Shown piece by piece: positions 1 to 14,045 of a stretch of DNA of 64,000 bases. The DNA comes from the human T2T-CHM13v2.0 reference genome, Homo sapiens. The position numbers and the translations under genes were made by a program. Location: assembly GCF_009914755.1 (NCBI RefSeq), contig NC_060926.1. One strand, 5' to 3'. Each line of letters starts with the position of its first letter. Position 1 is the stretch's first letter. The notes below the pieces were generated by a model. That model saw nothing but the letters and a program-made list of their open reading frames with translations. It made no database searches and had not been told where the DNA came from.

Positions 1-909
1 ATTTCTGTAGAGGGTGTTTTTTCAGAAGTATACTGAAGAAACTTCTAAAATTTTGCTAAGCTTTAAAGTTACTGCTTGTGTGTGCAATCTGAACTGACCT
101 TCCACATTTAGAAATTGCTGAATGTGGTGTTACAAAATGTAAATGCAGTAAATAAGCATATAGTTGGTTCTGTTTGATTTATTCAGTTACTAGCCTTAAG
201 GACAAATTTTATGGGCTAAGCTAATGGTTTTAGTGGTCGTTTTCTACAGAATGCATTGTTGGAATTATTTACGTTTTAAGCAAATGTCCTAATTGCTTGG
301 GAACATTTTTAGTAATTTTGGTGGTTGGAATATGTGTATGAAAAGCAGTAAATGAATTGGAATTGTGGGAATTCATTTTAGTGGAACTCAGGTAGATGAA
401 TTTAAGATTATTGGTTGGTATAAGATACATTAAAAGTAGCTGGTTGATTATTTTTTCTCTAATAATTTTTTTCATTTCATTTGTATAGCGCTCTATTCTT
501 TTTTTAATGACTATGGCTTACAAAATTGAACACGCATAGAAAACAATATTGTAGATAGTTTGTGAAGAGATATGTGCTCAATAATGCGAGTGGCTGCAAG
601 GAATTAGGCAGTTTTATGGTTTGATAGGACAATGTTTTCATGTTTAACCTGTATTTTTGCTACAAGTTGTATTCACTTGGGATGATCAGACCCTGTCTCT
701 GAAGTCTGCTTGTGATATAATAGGGTATAATCCAGTTGCTTCTTATTGTGTATGTTAACTGGATCCTCAGATAAGGTGATTTGATCCTGATTTATCCGAT
801 GAATGAACAGTTTGCTTGTATTTGTAATTTCAGTTCAAACAGGAAACATGAATGTAAACTAATTTTAAGGAGATGGTGGTATGTGAGATCTCAAAGTATT
901 ACTTAAGAG

Positions 910-1219
910 CTATGCTGTCCGGTAATGTAGCCACTTGCCACATGTGGCTATTGGCCTCTTCAGTTGTGGCTAGTCCAAAATGAGATGTGCTATAAGGGTA
1001 AAATTTATACACATTGGATTTTAAAAACTTAGTACAACAAAAGGATGTATAATACTGCATTGACTTAAAAAAAGTTCATTAATATTAAAATAATATTTTG
1101 GATATATTTGGCTATATAAAATGTTAAAATTAATTTCACTTTTTTACTATGTTAATATGTTATTAGAATATTTAAAATTACGTATGTGACTTGCATTGTA
1201 TTTCTATTGAACAGTGCCG
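910..1219 (-). mobile_element. MER33 (hAT-Charlie MITE)
   Basis: Resembles the MER33 consensus in reverse (gtagccacttgccacatgtggcta ... tttctattgaacagtgccg); 8-bp TSD cttaagag/ctttagag at 902-909 and 1220-1227. Confidence 0.85.
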
Positions 1220-3464
1220 CTTTAGAGAACAAGTAAATGAAAGTATTTTCCCTCCAGCCTTCTAAATGGTGTGTCAAATCTGTAGCCATTTAGGGAGGTC
1301 AAGTTAAATTTGCTCCCTGGAAGAATCACTTAACTTGCAGAGTGTATTCTGATATTTCCCATTATGAAAAATGTAAAGATCTATCAATTCAGAACTCTTA
1401 AATGTTTTAAAATTGCATGTAGGGTCAAACATTTTTAAAGGTTTCTGTTGATTGTCTGCAAATGAAACAAACTAATGTACGTGCATAAATCTAGAGAGCC
1501 TAGTAGACATGTATTAAGTGCCCTCAGAGCAATAGCCTAGTGTTGCAGTTGCCAAAGAAATCTACTTTACATGTTTAACTCCGGAATGTTTCCTCAAGGT
1601 CACTGAGGATTATTTTAGAGGGAGTAGAATCTTTCAATGAGATAGGAGGTTTCACTTGTCTTTCTCTTTATATACCAGATTTCATTTAAGTCCTTGAAAT
1701 AATGCTTCCTCATTTAGTGATCAGACTAGTGAAACATCAAAACTTTGGGCTTTCTGTGAACAGTAACATGGAACACCTCATCCCTGCTTTCCCTTGTCAC
1801 AACCTGTGATGACTATCAACTGCTGCAAATGACATCTTTCAGTTCTCAGGTTCTTTTAATAGATGAGTTTATGTGTGGCTGTGGTATGTGAAAAACAGAC
1901 ATACAGTATGTCTTAGTAGGGAACCAGGATAAGTGGTTTCTTATTATTTGGAGGCAGTGTTTTACCATATGCCTCACATGTAAAATATCCAGATACTTTG
2001 TCTTCAAATTCTTGTGGGTGGAAGAAGACCTAGTTTTTGTCCTTGAGTAGGAATTGGAATACTGAGTGTTTAGTAAAGGTGTTTTAGAATTTTGACAAAT
2101 AAAAAGCCTGAATTTGTATTGTATTTTTGCCTTCATGTCAGATCTGTGACAGACTGTGGTGTTATGTTCTTTTAATTGACAAGTGCGTAAATGAGAATTT
2201 TAGCTTTACGGTGATTGTACAGTTTAAATTTATTAATTTATGCTATAATTAAAAATGGAATCTATATTCATAAATTCTAGAATATGTGAATTCATATTGC
2301 CTGAGATCTATGAAACCTAATACATTTGGCTTTCGTGTGTAGTTATTTAATCAGAATTCCATTACAGTTTTGAATATGATTTTTACAAGCTTGTCAAAGT
2401 ACATGACAGATTTAATTCTTCCTCAGGGAAGAAATGTAAAGTATATCTGTGTACATTCAGGAAAAAGTTGAATGAAACACAAGAAAACTCAGCAAAACCA
2501 AAATTATTCAGACTGGGATGATTTCTCTAAAATCCCTTCCTGTGTTTTAATTAATGAAATATTCTTTAATTAGTATATAGTTATGTCTAGTACATACATA
2601 CCCAGGGTGATCTTAAGATAGATTTAATTGAATTGTGTATGGCTTTATACATGTTTTAATATATTTTGATAGCATTGATATTTCTTTTCCCGATAGTGTA
2701 AAAGTTTGATAATGACGTTATTTCCAGTGATTTGATGTTATTTTAAATGGTTTTAGGTATTGGAGGGCCATGGGCCATAGTGTACTAAACATAGGGATAT
2801 GTTTATTTATTGGTTTCAGTTTATGCTGTTTACATAAAGTATAAATAATTTATACATCAATGAGAGTCAAGGGAAATTGTGTTATGGGCATTTCCCTATT
2901 TGTATTTATTGAGAATTGTTGACTAGAATTGTTTAGTGATGTGTTATTAAGACATTTACTTTCCATCTGTTTCCCAGAGGGTGTCCTTGTCCTCTCCTAG
3001 TCACCACTTGTGCAAACAGCGAAAGTTTAGAAAGGTACTGGATTTCTAACTTAACCCCTAATTTCTTTCCATATAGGAAGAAGCACAAATATACTGACGA
3101 ATATTTTAAGAGTGTATGTTCAGATTGAATCTATACTGGAGATATTTGGGGGTATTTGTATTAATAAATAGTTTCTTGATGTGGGAAAGGCCATATTGGG
3201 GGATATGTATTACAGTTTCAAGTTAATAGTATTAATATATTGACTAGCAAAACCTGAGATCAGGTGATTTCGTTGACTTTCTTCTTTAAAAATAAAAAAA
3301 TAATGAAATCATAAAAGAAGCAGTTGTTTCTAAACCAGTAGTTGATAATCTCTAGATTCCTCATTAGCCTAATTGTCTGAGGATAAATTCTGCTTTCTTC
3401 TGAGGGTTGCTACCACTTTCCATCATTTTCTAGGGCGGACTAGAACTTTGCTACTTAAAAGAGT

Positions 3465-3606
3465 GAGCTGCTGACTGTCAGCATCTGCGTCACAGATGAG
3501 GTTGTTAGAAATGCAGACTCTTGCTTCCCCCAACCCCCAACCCAGAATTTGAATTTAACAAGATTCCTGGTGAATTGTATATATAAGTAGGTTTGAAAAG
3601 TGCTGG
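3465..3606. mobile_element. MER5-family hAT-Charlie fragment
   Basis: gttgttagaaatgcagactc ... tttaacaagattcctggtgaattgtat ... gtttgaaaagtgctg is the typical MER5A/B core. Confidence 0.7.
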
Positions 3607-3607
3607 T

Positions 3608-3795
3608 ACTGGAGCAAGACTGTCTGGTTTCAGATCCATGCTCTGTCACTAACTTGCTATGTTATTACCTTAGATACATTTTGGAATATTTCGGTTCTTC
3701 TCCTCAGTTGTAAAGTGGGGATTAAAATGATACCCCCCTTTATAATAGGGTTATTGTGAGGATTAAATGACTTAATGTGTTTAAGTTTTGTAGCA
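3608..3795 (+). mobile_element. MIR SINE
   Basis: Core motifs ctctgtcactaacttgctatgt, gtaaagtgggg, ttattgtgaggattaaatga. Confidence 0.75.
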
Positions 3796-4894
3796 GTGTA
3801 AATCGAGTCAGTAAAGTGGCCACAGCAAGATAAAAATGGGAGAGACAGTGTAGCCTGTAGTGATGTGCTCTCACTGTTGCTGGCATTTTCTCTAGTGCAT
3901 TGACATCTTATGTAATTTTATCTTAGTCAGTTCACCAGATTATTGAGTACAAGTACATAACAAGCAATTTGTTTTTTAATGTCAGTAAAAGCAGTTCCTA
4001 GGAACTTGCGTAAAAAAGAAAATTAGCCTAAAAACTTCAGGCATAGATGAACAAATATTGTATCCCTTTTAAAGGAACATGCATAAGATTAATGATATTT
4101 AATTCAATAGAGAATATTATGATTGTCCAGTAAAGTATAATAAACAATTTTTAGATGAGTAATGATTATATTTTCCCCTTTTAAAATAGAAGAATTTGTG
4201 ATTTTACTGTGAATGGGATTATATCAGCAGTTGTAAAATTCACATTCTGGATTGCTGTTACCTGCATTACCTAACCCCATAGCATTCTTTCCATGTCTGT
4301 GAACTAAGGAGAAATTTTGAAAGCTTTTTTCTAATTGGCGTATGAAAGCAGGTAATAATTGAAATAACATGTGATCCCTATATTAGCTTTGTTGGTTGCT
4401 TATAGAGTACTTGGTTTTAAACTCTCTCACACATGTAGATAGACTGCTTTTTCTTCTTTACTTAATACATTTGATTGTTTTTGTTTTAGTGTTTGCTACA
4501 AGATTGTATCTCATTAGTTATCTAGTCCTTTTATTTTCAATTCTTCAAAAAAAAAGGTCCTGGAACCCGCTTTTTATAAAAATTAAATCTTAATTGGAAG
4601 CTCGACTGTAAAACAGATAAATACAGAACTACTCTGACAAAGTATTTTTCATCCCATTATGCCGTGGGTGGTCATCTACAGATAGTTTGTATTATTAGTT
4701 TTATTGTTAATAAATTCATTTTGGCATCAGCATAAACCTCAAAAATCATGAGGGTTTTTCTGGGGACTTGGGCGTTAGTGATAATTTTAAATGGTTTATG
4801 ATCAAAGCAAATTGACGTTTTATTTTTCAACAAGCTAATAGTTTCTTCAACACAACTGTAATAAAGTACTTTTTTCATGCTGTATTATAATATT

Positions 4895-5015
4895 TGTCTG
4901 CTTTCTGCAAGAGCGAGTGTTCCTTGAATGGAGAGATTGTCTCATTCATTTTTGTATCTTTTCCTTACTTCACATGGTGCTTTGCATGTGAAGGTCTGTT
5001 AATAAATAAATTGAA
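4895..5015 (+). mobile_element. L2 3' end fragment
   Basis: ttccttgaatggagagattgtctcattcatttttgtatc ... aataaataaattgaa resembles the L2 terminus. Confidence 0.55.
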
Positions 5016-5770
5016 GTCTCTCAAATTGACATAGAAATAGCAATTCCAGGCAAAACAATGACTTCAGAGAAAATTTATTAAATATCCTATACATTCTTTA
5101 CCTTTTTCATAATTATGATACTTAATATTTAATAACCTATTCAAAGTTTACCTAGCTACTGTTTTTGCTTATAAGAGGAAATTGATACTCACAGTAGGCC
5201 TAGTTATTTCCTCCATACGTGCCAGTGTAGCAGAAATACTCAGTACTCTGTGTGACTGGAAACATTTTCCAAAAGAGTGACCAACTGAAAATAATATTCT
5301 TCCCACTAAACTTCACATTTTTATTAAGGATCTATTAAGTTCAATGCAGATAATGTAATTAGAAGGTGGGTAAAACAGCATGTGCTTTTAAAAAAAGTTA
5401 TATGTTTACTTCGCAGCTACATGCTCACATAACCAGTCATATTCCTCTCATAACCAATTAGTACTTTATGCTCTCCTTAAATGAGTTGCTGTAACAACAG
5501 ATGGATATGTTTACTTTTCAGGAAAATCAGCAAGTCTTGCATAGAGTGTAAGGACATTCAGATTGAGAATGAAGAACTTGTCCTTTCAGTCTCTTCTTCC
5601 CTATCAATATGAGATAAAAACATAATAAAATCACTTGTAAATCTAGAGAAATAGAAAGTGATTTTTTTTTCCACATACCAATTTTGACAGGTAAGTATAT
5701 TTGGGCATTTTAATTGGAATCTGGAAGCTGAAACATCTTCAAACTTTTAACCTTTCTTTTGCCTTTTGAT

Positions 5771-6009
5771 CAGTGGTTCTCAACTGAGGCAATTTTTGTC
5801 CTCCCCTTCCCCAGCCACCAGGCTAGGCGACAATTGGTAATGCCCAGAGATATTTTTTGCTTTTCATAACTGAAGGAGAAGGGGGCTACCACTGACATTA
5901 GTAGGTAGACGTCAGTGGTACTGCTGAATACCCTGTAATACATAGGACAGACCCCCACAATAAAGAATTATCTGGGCCAAAATGTCTAGTGCTGAAGTTG
6001 AGAGACCCT
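5771..6009 (+). mobile_element. MER20 (hAT-Charlie MITE)
   Basis: Starts cagtggttctcaac, contains acccccacaataaagaattatctgggccaaaatgtc, ends gttgagagaccct. Confidence 0.9.
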
Positions 6010-6517
6010 CCTATAGATATTTGTTCCTGTACTTTGCCTCTTGAATTTTTGAATAGTTTGCTTTTGACTGTTTTCCTGTCTTATTAGTGATGCATCCTTA
6101 ATATATTCACCTACACCTTCCTCAGCTGATTCTTCACTTCCTGCTACTTCTATGCGTAGTTTACATATGTCTTATATTATTTGTCATACGTGTGTGTTAT
6201 TTTTTATGTGAAACCACAGGAATGACTACCTTGAGTACTTGCTAAATTATGGTCTTCTGAGGCCAGAAATGCTTACAGCAGTATTTTATTTCTTTTAGGT
6301 CTTGTGCCAGTTAATTATATCCCTGCGTGATCTAGCTTTAGGCTGGTTATATCTATTATGTTCTACTAGGAGTATTAAAGTAACATCATGGAGAAATAAC
6401 ATTGGACAGTCATCAAAATTCAGTTTGACATTGAATTACACACAGGTTAGAAATGTGTGCTCTTCATTTGGGTTTTATTTTCATCATTATGACAATACAC
6501 AAGTTACTTCAATTTTT

Positions 6518-6855
6518 ACAAGTTCACAATCCTTTATTTGAAACCCTTGGGGCCAGATGTGTTTCAGAATGCAGAAAGTTTCATGTTTTAGAAAGGTAGT
6601 ATGATGTGTTTGTGGTACTTTATGTAATCTGTTCCACAGTAATGTTTCTCGACATTACTGTTTCCACACCAAAAATGTATTAATATTCATACAGGTGGGA
6701 TAAGTGGAAGCTACAAATAGTTTCAAGTCAGTTCACATTTAGGGTTGCTACCAAATTATTTTGTAACAACCTTATTAAAAAACCTTTGATTTTTTTTTTC
6801 TTTTTTTTCAGAGTTTTGGGATTCTAGAATTGTAGATAAGCAGTTATGGCCCTCT
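6518..6855. mobile_element. MER46C-like Tigger-derived MITE
   Basis: caagttcacaatcctttatttgaaacccttggggccagatgtgtttcagaat ... ttgtagataagcagttatggccct with degenerate TIRs. Confidence 0.65.
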
Positions 6856-6856
6856 A

Positions 6857-7635
6857 TAATAGTTCCCCCTTATCTGTGGGGAATACATTTCAAGACTCCC
6901 TAGTGGATGCCTGAAAGTTGAGATAGTATTGATTATATACTGTGTTTTTTCCTATACATACATACCTATGATACGTTTACATAAGGGTTACAAATTAGGC
7001 ACAGCAAGAGATTAACAACTTCCCATTGGCATATCCAAACTGCCAGCATCACTACTCTTGGGCTTTGGAGCCATTGTTAAGTAAAATGAGGGTTGTTTGA
7101 AAATAAGCACTGCAGTAGTCTATAACCGATTTTGATAGTGGAGTCTGATAGCCAAGACCACTACCAAGTGACTAGAGCAAGCTTGTTCTACCTGCGGCCC
7201 TTGGGCCACCTGGTGGCCAGGATGTCTTTGATTGTGGCACAACACAAACTCATAAACTTTCTTAAAACATGAGATTTTTTTTGCGATTTTGTTTGTTTGT
7301 TTTTTTAGCTCATCAGCTATTGTTAGTGTTAGTGTATTTTATGTGTGGCCCAAGAGAGTTCTGCTGCTGCTGCTGTGGCCCAGGGAAACCAAAAGATTGG
7401 ACACTCCTGGACTAGAGCATATACAGTATGGATAAACTGGACAAAAGTATGATTCAAGCCCAAGTGGATGGAGCAGGGCAATGTGAGATTTCATCGTGCT
7501 ACTTAGAATGAGGTACGATTTAAAACTTAAGAATTATTTCTGGAATTTTTCCATTTAATATTTTTGGACTGTGGTTGACCTAGAGTAGCTGGAACTGTGG
7601 AAAGTGGAACTGCACAGATAGGTAGGGACTGCTCT
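6857..7635 (-). mobile_element. MER44/Tigger7-derived element, split by a MER30
   Basis: TIR-like ends tagttcccccttatctgtggg and gataggtagggactgct; internal cctatacatacatacctatgata and gcatcactactcttg motifs. Confidence 0.8.
7178..7409. mobile_element. MER30 (hAT-Charlie) nested in MER44
   Basis: caagcttg ... ttggacactcctg ends; perfect 8-bp TSD gactagag at 7170-7177 and 7410-7417. Confidence 0.9.
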
Positions 7636-8231
7636 GCTACTTCTGTTACGTGACCATGACTGAAATTACTTACTACTCATGATGAAAGGGTATTTTCATT
7701 TGCTTTGCTTTCTTTTTTACCTGTTTCCTAATAGCTGATTTTGGTTTCTCAGTTGTTGTTTTTGGTTTGTTGGGTTTTTTGTCTTGTAACTTGTATGCTT
7801 AAGAGTTCTTTTCTCTTAAGGTGAAACTATCAGTGTCTACTCGTTTTTAAGTTGTTCTTTGTTTACTGGGTTGTTTTTCCACTTTGCTTTCAAATACTCT
7901 TTTAATCATTCCATTCATTCTAGATACACAGTATTACACAGAAAGGAAGATAATCTTTAATTCTTAAACACAAGTATTAAGTAATACTTAATACTTTGGA
8001 TGTATTTTGCCTTGCATTATTTAAGTGCAATTAGACTATAAAAGGAGATGTTAAATTTTTCTGGTTGTGTTGTGATTACAAACAAACCTAGAAGGCTCAG
8101 TGGCTCAATGTATAAAGATTTATTTCTCACTCATGTGAAGACCACTGTGGGTCCAGGGACTATCTTGGGCAGCTCTTCTCTGTGTTGACTTATATCTGTG
8201 TATCTTGTAGCTCTGACATTTGGAACATATG

Positions 8232-8522
<291 letters not shown>

Positions 8523-9899
8523 GATTTGCTTTTTCCAGTGAGTCTCTTTGGAAGAGTGGCTGCTCCACTTTACAAAACAGAACTAATGTTCTCAGGGCAA
8601 CCTACCACATTTATATATTTCATTTTAAATTGATGACATTAATGAGTTTTATGAATCAAATATGTGCCTTGCATCTTGTCTAAATGCAGTAGTAAAGTTA
8701 AATTGTAAAGCCTTGGGATTTTTATCTCTGTTGACATTCTATCAGTTTTATAAGGGTGTATAGAGAAATAACAAAAGCTTGTTTATCACATCTGTTTTGG
8801 ATGTGCCCGTCGGTAGGTGGTGATAAAGTAATACCAATAGTGAGGATCAGCTTAGGGTCATTCAATTTGTAAAAATCCCAGTTCCTTCTTTTTGGTCCTT
8901 GATGTATATAATACTTGTTTTAACTTTATGGTTATTCACAACAAATGAAGCTTTGAAAGGAACTGTGGTGTAGTCTGCCTTTTTTGGAAGCTTTTGGACT
9001 AGTTATGCCATTCCAAAGTTTTTTTGCTGCTTTAGTGTTCCAGAGCAAATATACTCTGTCATTCTGTTTAACTTCCAGCTTGTCTGGGGAAAAATAAAGA
9101 CATCTCTAGTCCAAAATTGCTTTTGGGAGTATAGTTCCACATCTTTTGGTCTGAATGAAAGGCCTAGGGAAACATGAATTTTGTTACCTTTTTATTTTAT
9201 TTTCCTTCACTTATAAATCATCATCATGATCCCCCTTTACATCCATGCGTCTCACTTTTTATAAACACTGTTTATTCCCTTTCTGAGGATGGTTATTTGT
9301 AGTTAGTTTTGCCATTTACAGTCTTATAGGTCCTTTACAAATGGATCATTTTCTCACATTAAATTCTAGTAGGTCAAGAATCCATTTATTCAGGGTCCCG
9401 AAGAGAATCGATCTCAGAAGATTGTGGCTACATATTTTTTATGGCTTCCTATTGCTTTCTGTAGTCTTCTTAATTTAAACAGTAGCAACAGCAAAATATA
9501 GAGGGTACCATAAGGCATTGGCTTTATGATTTATTCTTGCCTCATACTTGTTTCTTAGGGTATTGGTGTTATTTGTTAGATTTGTGATATATATGCTTGT
9601 ACTAAATTTACCTGGTATCACAATGAGAAGAAACCTGGCATTTGAAGGCTTTGAACGCAAACTCAGAGACATGTAATTTATATGGAATTCAATGGCAGTT
9701 TTAACTAGTGTGCCTTTAATTTTTCTTCATTTTATGTTTACACCAGTGTCCTTGTAAAATTTTAAAAGACATTTTTCTCATCTTCCCAGGTGCTTACTAT
9801 CCACATTTCCATTAGAAGATGCCAAATACTCATTTTCTTCTTTTGAAAACCCTAAAATAAGCACGTTGCAATTATCACTTTTCCCTTCTGCCGAGGTTT

Positions 9900-11700
9900 C
9901 TTAATTTTGGAGAACTTGAAACATATGCAAAAGTAAACAGGCTGGTATGATGAACCCCCATATATATAACCTTTATCCAGTTTCAGTAGTTACCTAATCA
10001 TGGCTAATCTGGCTTCATCTATGCCTCCGTCCATTTCACCCTCCCATTATTACATTAAAAAAATCTCAGACATCATTTCATCTATATCTTAAAACATGCA
10101 AGTATTTCACTATGCACTTTCAAAAGATAAGACTCCTTTTAACCATTGTGACATCAGCATGCCTAAAAATTTTCAGTAGCTCCGTAATCAGTCATTGTTT
10201 AGGTTTACAAATGGGTGTTGTCCTTCCTTCCCCACAGTTATTTGAGTGAGGATACAAATAAAGTCCAGTTGACCTTTGAACAGCATGGATTTGAACGAGT
10301 GGGTTCATTTATACACGACTTTTTTCAATAAATATATTGGAAAAATATTTAGAGATTTACAATTTGAAAGAAACTTGCAGGTGAATGGTGTAGCCTAGAA
10401 ATAGTGAAAATATTAGGAAAATATTAAGAATCCACAAAATATATGTGGATACTAGTCTGTTTTATCATTTACTGCTATGAGATACACACAAACCTATTAT
10501 AAAAAGTTAGAATTTATCAAAACTTACACAGTCATTTACAGACCACACATGGTGCCATTTGGAGTCAAGAGAATCGTAAATGTAAATATTAAATCGTAAC
10601 TGCATAAAATTAACTATAACATACTGTATTACTGCAGTAATTTTGTAGCCACCTCCTGTTGCTGTTGCAGTGGGCTCTAGTGTTGCAAGTATCTTCTTAA
10701 AACACTATGTGATGCTAATCATTTCTGTATAAACAGTTCATCACTCCAGTAAATTGTGTATTGCGGTAAAAAGTGATTTCTCCTGGTTCTCGTGTGTATT
10801 TTACTGTGTTTCGTGCAATACTGTAAATAACACCATGGGACCCATGGTGTTAGTGGCACTAGTGATGCTGGAAATGCTCCCAAGAAGCAGAGAAAAGTCA
10901 TGACTTTACAAGAAAAAGTTGTAATTGCTTGACATGTACTGTAGGTTGAGATCTGCAGCTGTAGGTGCCTGCCATTTCAGACAAGCTTACAATATTGATA
11001 AATACAGTATAGTACTGTAAATGTATTTTATCTCCCTTATGATTTTCCTTTGCTTATTTTACTATAAGAATACAGTATGTAATACATGTAACATACAAAA
11101 CGTTTCTGTTATTGGTAAGGCTTCAGGTCAAGAATAGGCTATTAAGTTTTTGGGGGCATCAGAAGTTATACTCAGGTTTTTTCCTTTTTTTCTAATCTAT
11201 AAGGTTCTCAGTGTTGTCTTCATTTTTGCAATTTATTTATTGAAGAAACTGGGCTGAGTTTCCTTAGAGTCTGTTTTGCTTATTGGATTTCTGTGGTATA
11301 GTTTAATATCTTTCTTCATCCTTAGTGTTTCTTGTATGTTTGGGAGTTAGATCAAGAGGCTTGATCAAATTCAGGCTGGATTTTTTTTTTTTTTTCTGAC
11401 AGCTACCACTTTTTGTTTGTTTGTTTTGTTTTAACGAAACAAAACTCCTGGTGTGCTTTTCTATCAAAAGGCACCTAAGATCTGGTTGTTTTTCTGTGAT
11501 GTTAGCAGCCATTGGAATACAGCTCTAAACAGAAACTTATTCTCATCTCCTATTTGGTTACCTGGTCATACATGGTAAAGGTAAGATATGTGCTTAATTT
11601 TTTTGTCTTACCAGTTTTTTCTTCTTTTTCAAAATAATGAGTTGGTGTCCTAGTATCCTTTTCAGAATGATTGTCACTTCATAATTGTATTTCAACCCAT
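9900..11700 (-). mobile_element. Old L1MC-type 3' region, interrupted by Tigger2b
   Basis: aaacatatgcaaaagt ... atgaacccccatat and tttcaaaagataagactc; resumes after 11200 with ttgaagaaactggg and gaggcttgatcaaattcagg. Confidence 0.6.
10266..11180 (+). mobile_element. Tigger2b-like internally deleted DNA transposon
   Basis: 5' TIR cagttgacctttgaacagcatgg; degenerate start of the transposase (PKKQRKVMTLQEKV..., CENP-B-type HTH) near 10878-10980; 3' TIR not seen. Confidence 0.85.
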
Positions 11701-13439
11701 TGTAGTACTTCAGTATATTGCTGTTATCATCTTTATAGAATTTCTTAATTTAAAAAAAACTTCAGCTTAAATTGCTTTGCTCTAGGAAACCTTAGAGGGT
11801 AAAAGTCATATGGACCTATTTGGTGTATAACAATGCGAGTACATACATTCAACTTAACCATTGCTCTAGGTATTATTTTGAAAACTGAATACTTATTGAA
11901 GCTGTTGTTTCAAACATGACATTCTCCTAGCCACTTCCTTGTCAGTTGTCAGAGATAATTAAGTCTTGGCATTAGGAGAACTGAGAGATCTTTATTATAA
12001 CTATAGGTCTGCTTTAAGTTTTGAATTAAACTGAGGGGGTAGTTTAAGGTAGAACGCAAACCTTTATCAGAATCAAATTAATTTGTCACAATAATTGAAC
12101 TTAAATATTAACCCTGTTGTTAATATACAAGAAGCATCCTCCTTTGTTTAGTGTTTCTCATCAGGGGCATCTTGGTTATTTTTGACTGGATTGTGCTTTG
12201 ACTTGGAAGACATTGAACATCCTCAGACTCTGCTGACTAAATGCTATGTTCTGGCCACCAAAACCTGCCTCTTCCCCCCCATTTCCAGGTATCTTGGAGG
12301 GGAGGGGCTGTCACTTGGCACTTGCAAATTACTGGCCTAGATTCCACATTGTAGTGATAGCAAATCATAATGCTGTAAGAAACCAATTTTATATAGCATT
12401 ACTTTGAGTAATATATAATAATTTGTAATAGTTGTGTTTCTTACATAAAATGTATGTTGACCAAGATACATTTGTGTGATTTTTACTGCATATGTAATTG
12501 TCTGATATGCAAAAAAAAATTTCTTCCTCTAGCCCTTTAGTTTTTACACCTCCCCGCAATTCTGAACCCTCATAGTACATTTGAACTTTGTGCATGAGCT
12601 TAATGTGTACGTATGCACACATGGCTCTTATAAATATGTGACTCTGTGTATCCCTTTGATCTTTTTATTATTAATGAATTTTTTTTTTTCCACTTACAGG
12701 GAAACTTGTGTTCTTAAAAGGATTTCTGTTACCCCATTGCCTCAAACTACACTTTTTTTTTTTACCCTTCTAATCTCTCTTCAATTATTTAACCTCTTTC
12801 CTTTTCTAAGAGATTTTTTTAAGCTCATTTAATTCTTTCATCTTTTTCTACTTATTATCCACTATCCAGCTTCCCATTTATCTATCTCTATTTATTTTTT
12901 TTCTGTCCACTTTTGTGTCTTATATTTCTTTCATATTTTTGTTATCTGGCTTTTCCTCTTTCATTTTATTTTAGAAAGGTCATTTGGTAATACTAGCTGT
13001 TAGTATTTTTTCATATGACTTATTCTGTTTCTTTTTTGTTTTGTATGCGCATGTTCTCTTCAGTTTCATCTTCTTTCCTGATGTACTTGAAATGTGTCTT
13101 CTTTCTCCCACTCTCCTTAGTATTTAGTATTTCTTCATGTATGTGATATATATTCTTTTTTCACCCTTGTGTTGTTTATCCCTTCTCATCTCCCCTAGGC
13201 TCTCATGCCACATTGTATCACAGCTGCTTTTTGGTGATGGATTTCCCTTAGAATCCTAGTGGTTGTCTATCAAAAGTACCTGCATTTAGCTCTCTTAATT
13301 TATCTTTATTTTTATCTTATCTTTATTTTTTCTTCCATTATGTAGAAAAGTCTTATGTTGTAGCAAAAGTATTGTTTCCTATTACCTGAGTAAAAGTTGG
13401 GTTTTCTAGATTCTGCATCTTTGTTTACATCTCTCGTTG

Positions 13440-13712
13440 CCTAGGATGGCTTTCATCCTTCAAGTGGTAGTGATCTTTTAAAGCCTATTTCAAATGTTAC
13501 ATCTTTTTGTGAAGCCCTTCCTGCACATATCTCTTTTGAGAGACATTTGTACTACTAATATTTAATTCACTGGTATTGCCTCTTGTCATGTACCCTTTCA
13601 TCCCAGCTGAACCGGGCACTAGGACTGGGTATAGCTCTTATATTTCTTTATATTTTCATCTCGGTAAAATGCCGTAGCACTAACTATGAGAATAATTTTA
13701 ATTAACTTAGTT
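13440..13712 (+). mobile_element. L2 3' fragment
   Basis: tttcaaatgttacatctttttgtgaagcccttcctg and a degraded L2 tail. Confidence 0.5.
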
Positions 13713-13899
13713 GAAAGTAGTTCTGAAACTTGCCAGACTCAAAGTGTAGAGCACAACAGCAACTGTGCTTGACCGTACTCCTTGGTTTACATCTATTGTC
13801 TTGACAAAAATATTAATAGCATTTCCTTTCACTTTTAGAAATACTCGAGTTTGTATGATAAATTTTAGGTTCACTTTACCCTCATGCTATAAATTGGTG

Positions 13900-14045
13900 G
13901 TGTTCTGGTTGGACTTGGTGAATCAGGAGATTGTATAATCAACAATTACCCAAAGCAGAGATTCTGATTTAGTAGGCCAAGGGTGGCCTACTAAATGTGC
14001 ATTTTAAGAAGGCATGTCTAAGGATTCAGGTAGTAGTGTGAGAAG
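13900..14045. mobile_element. MER5-family fragment
   Basis: cagagattctgatttagtagg ... gggtggcc ... tgcattttaagaag. Confidence 0.6.

Noticed and set aside
12640-13340. Long T/C-rich stretch with several acceptor-like AGs
   Set aside because: Low-complexity, probably decayed antisense repeat; no matching strong donor found
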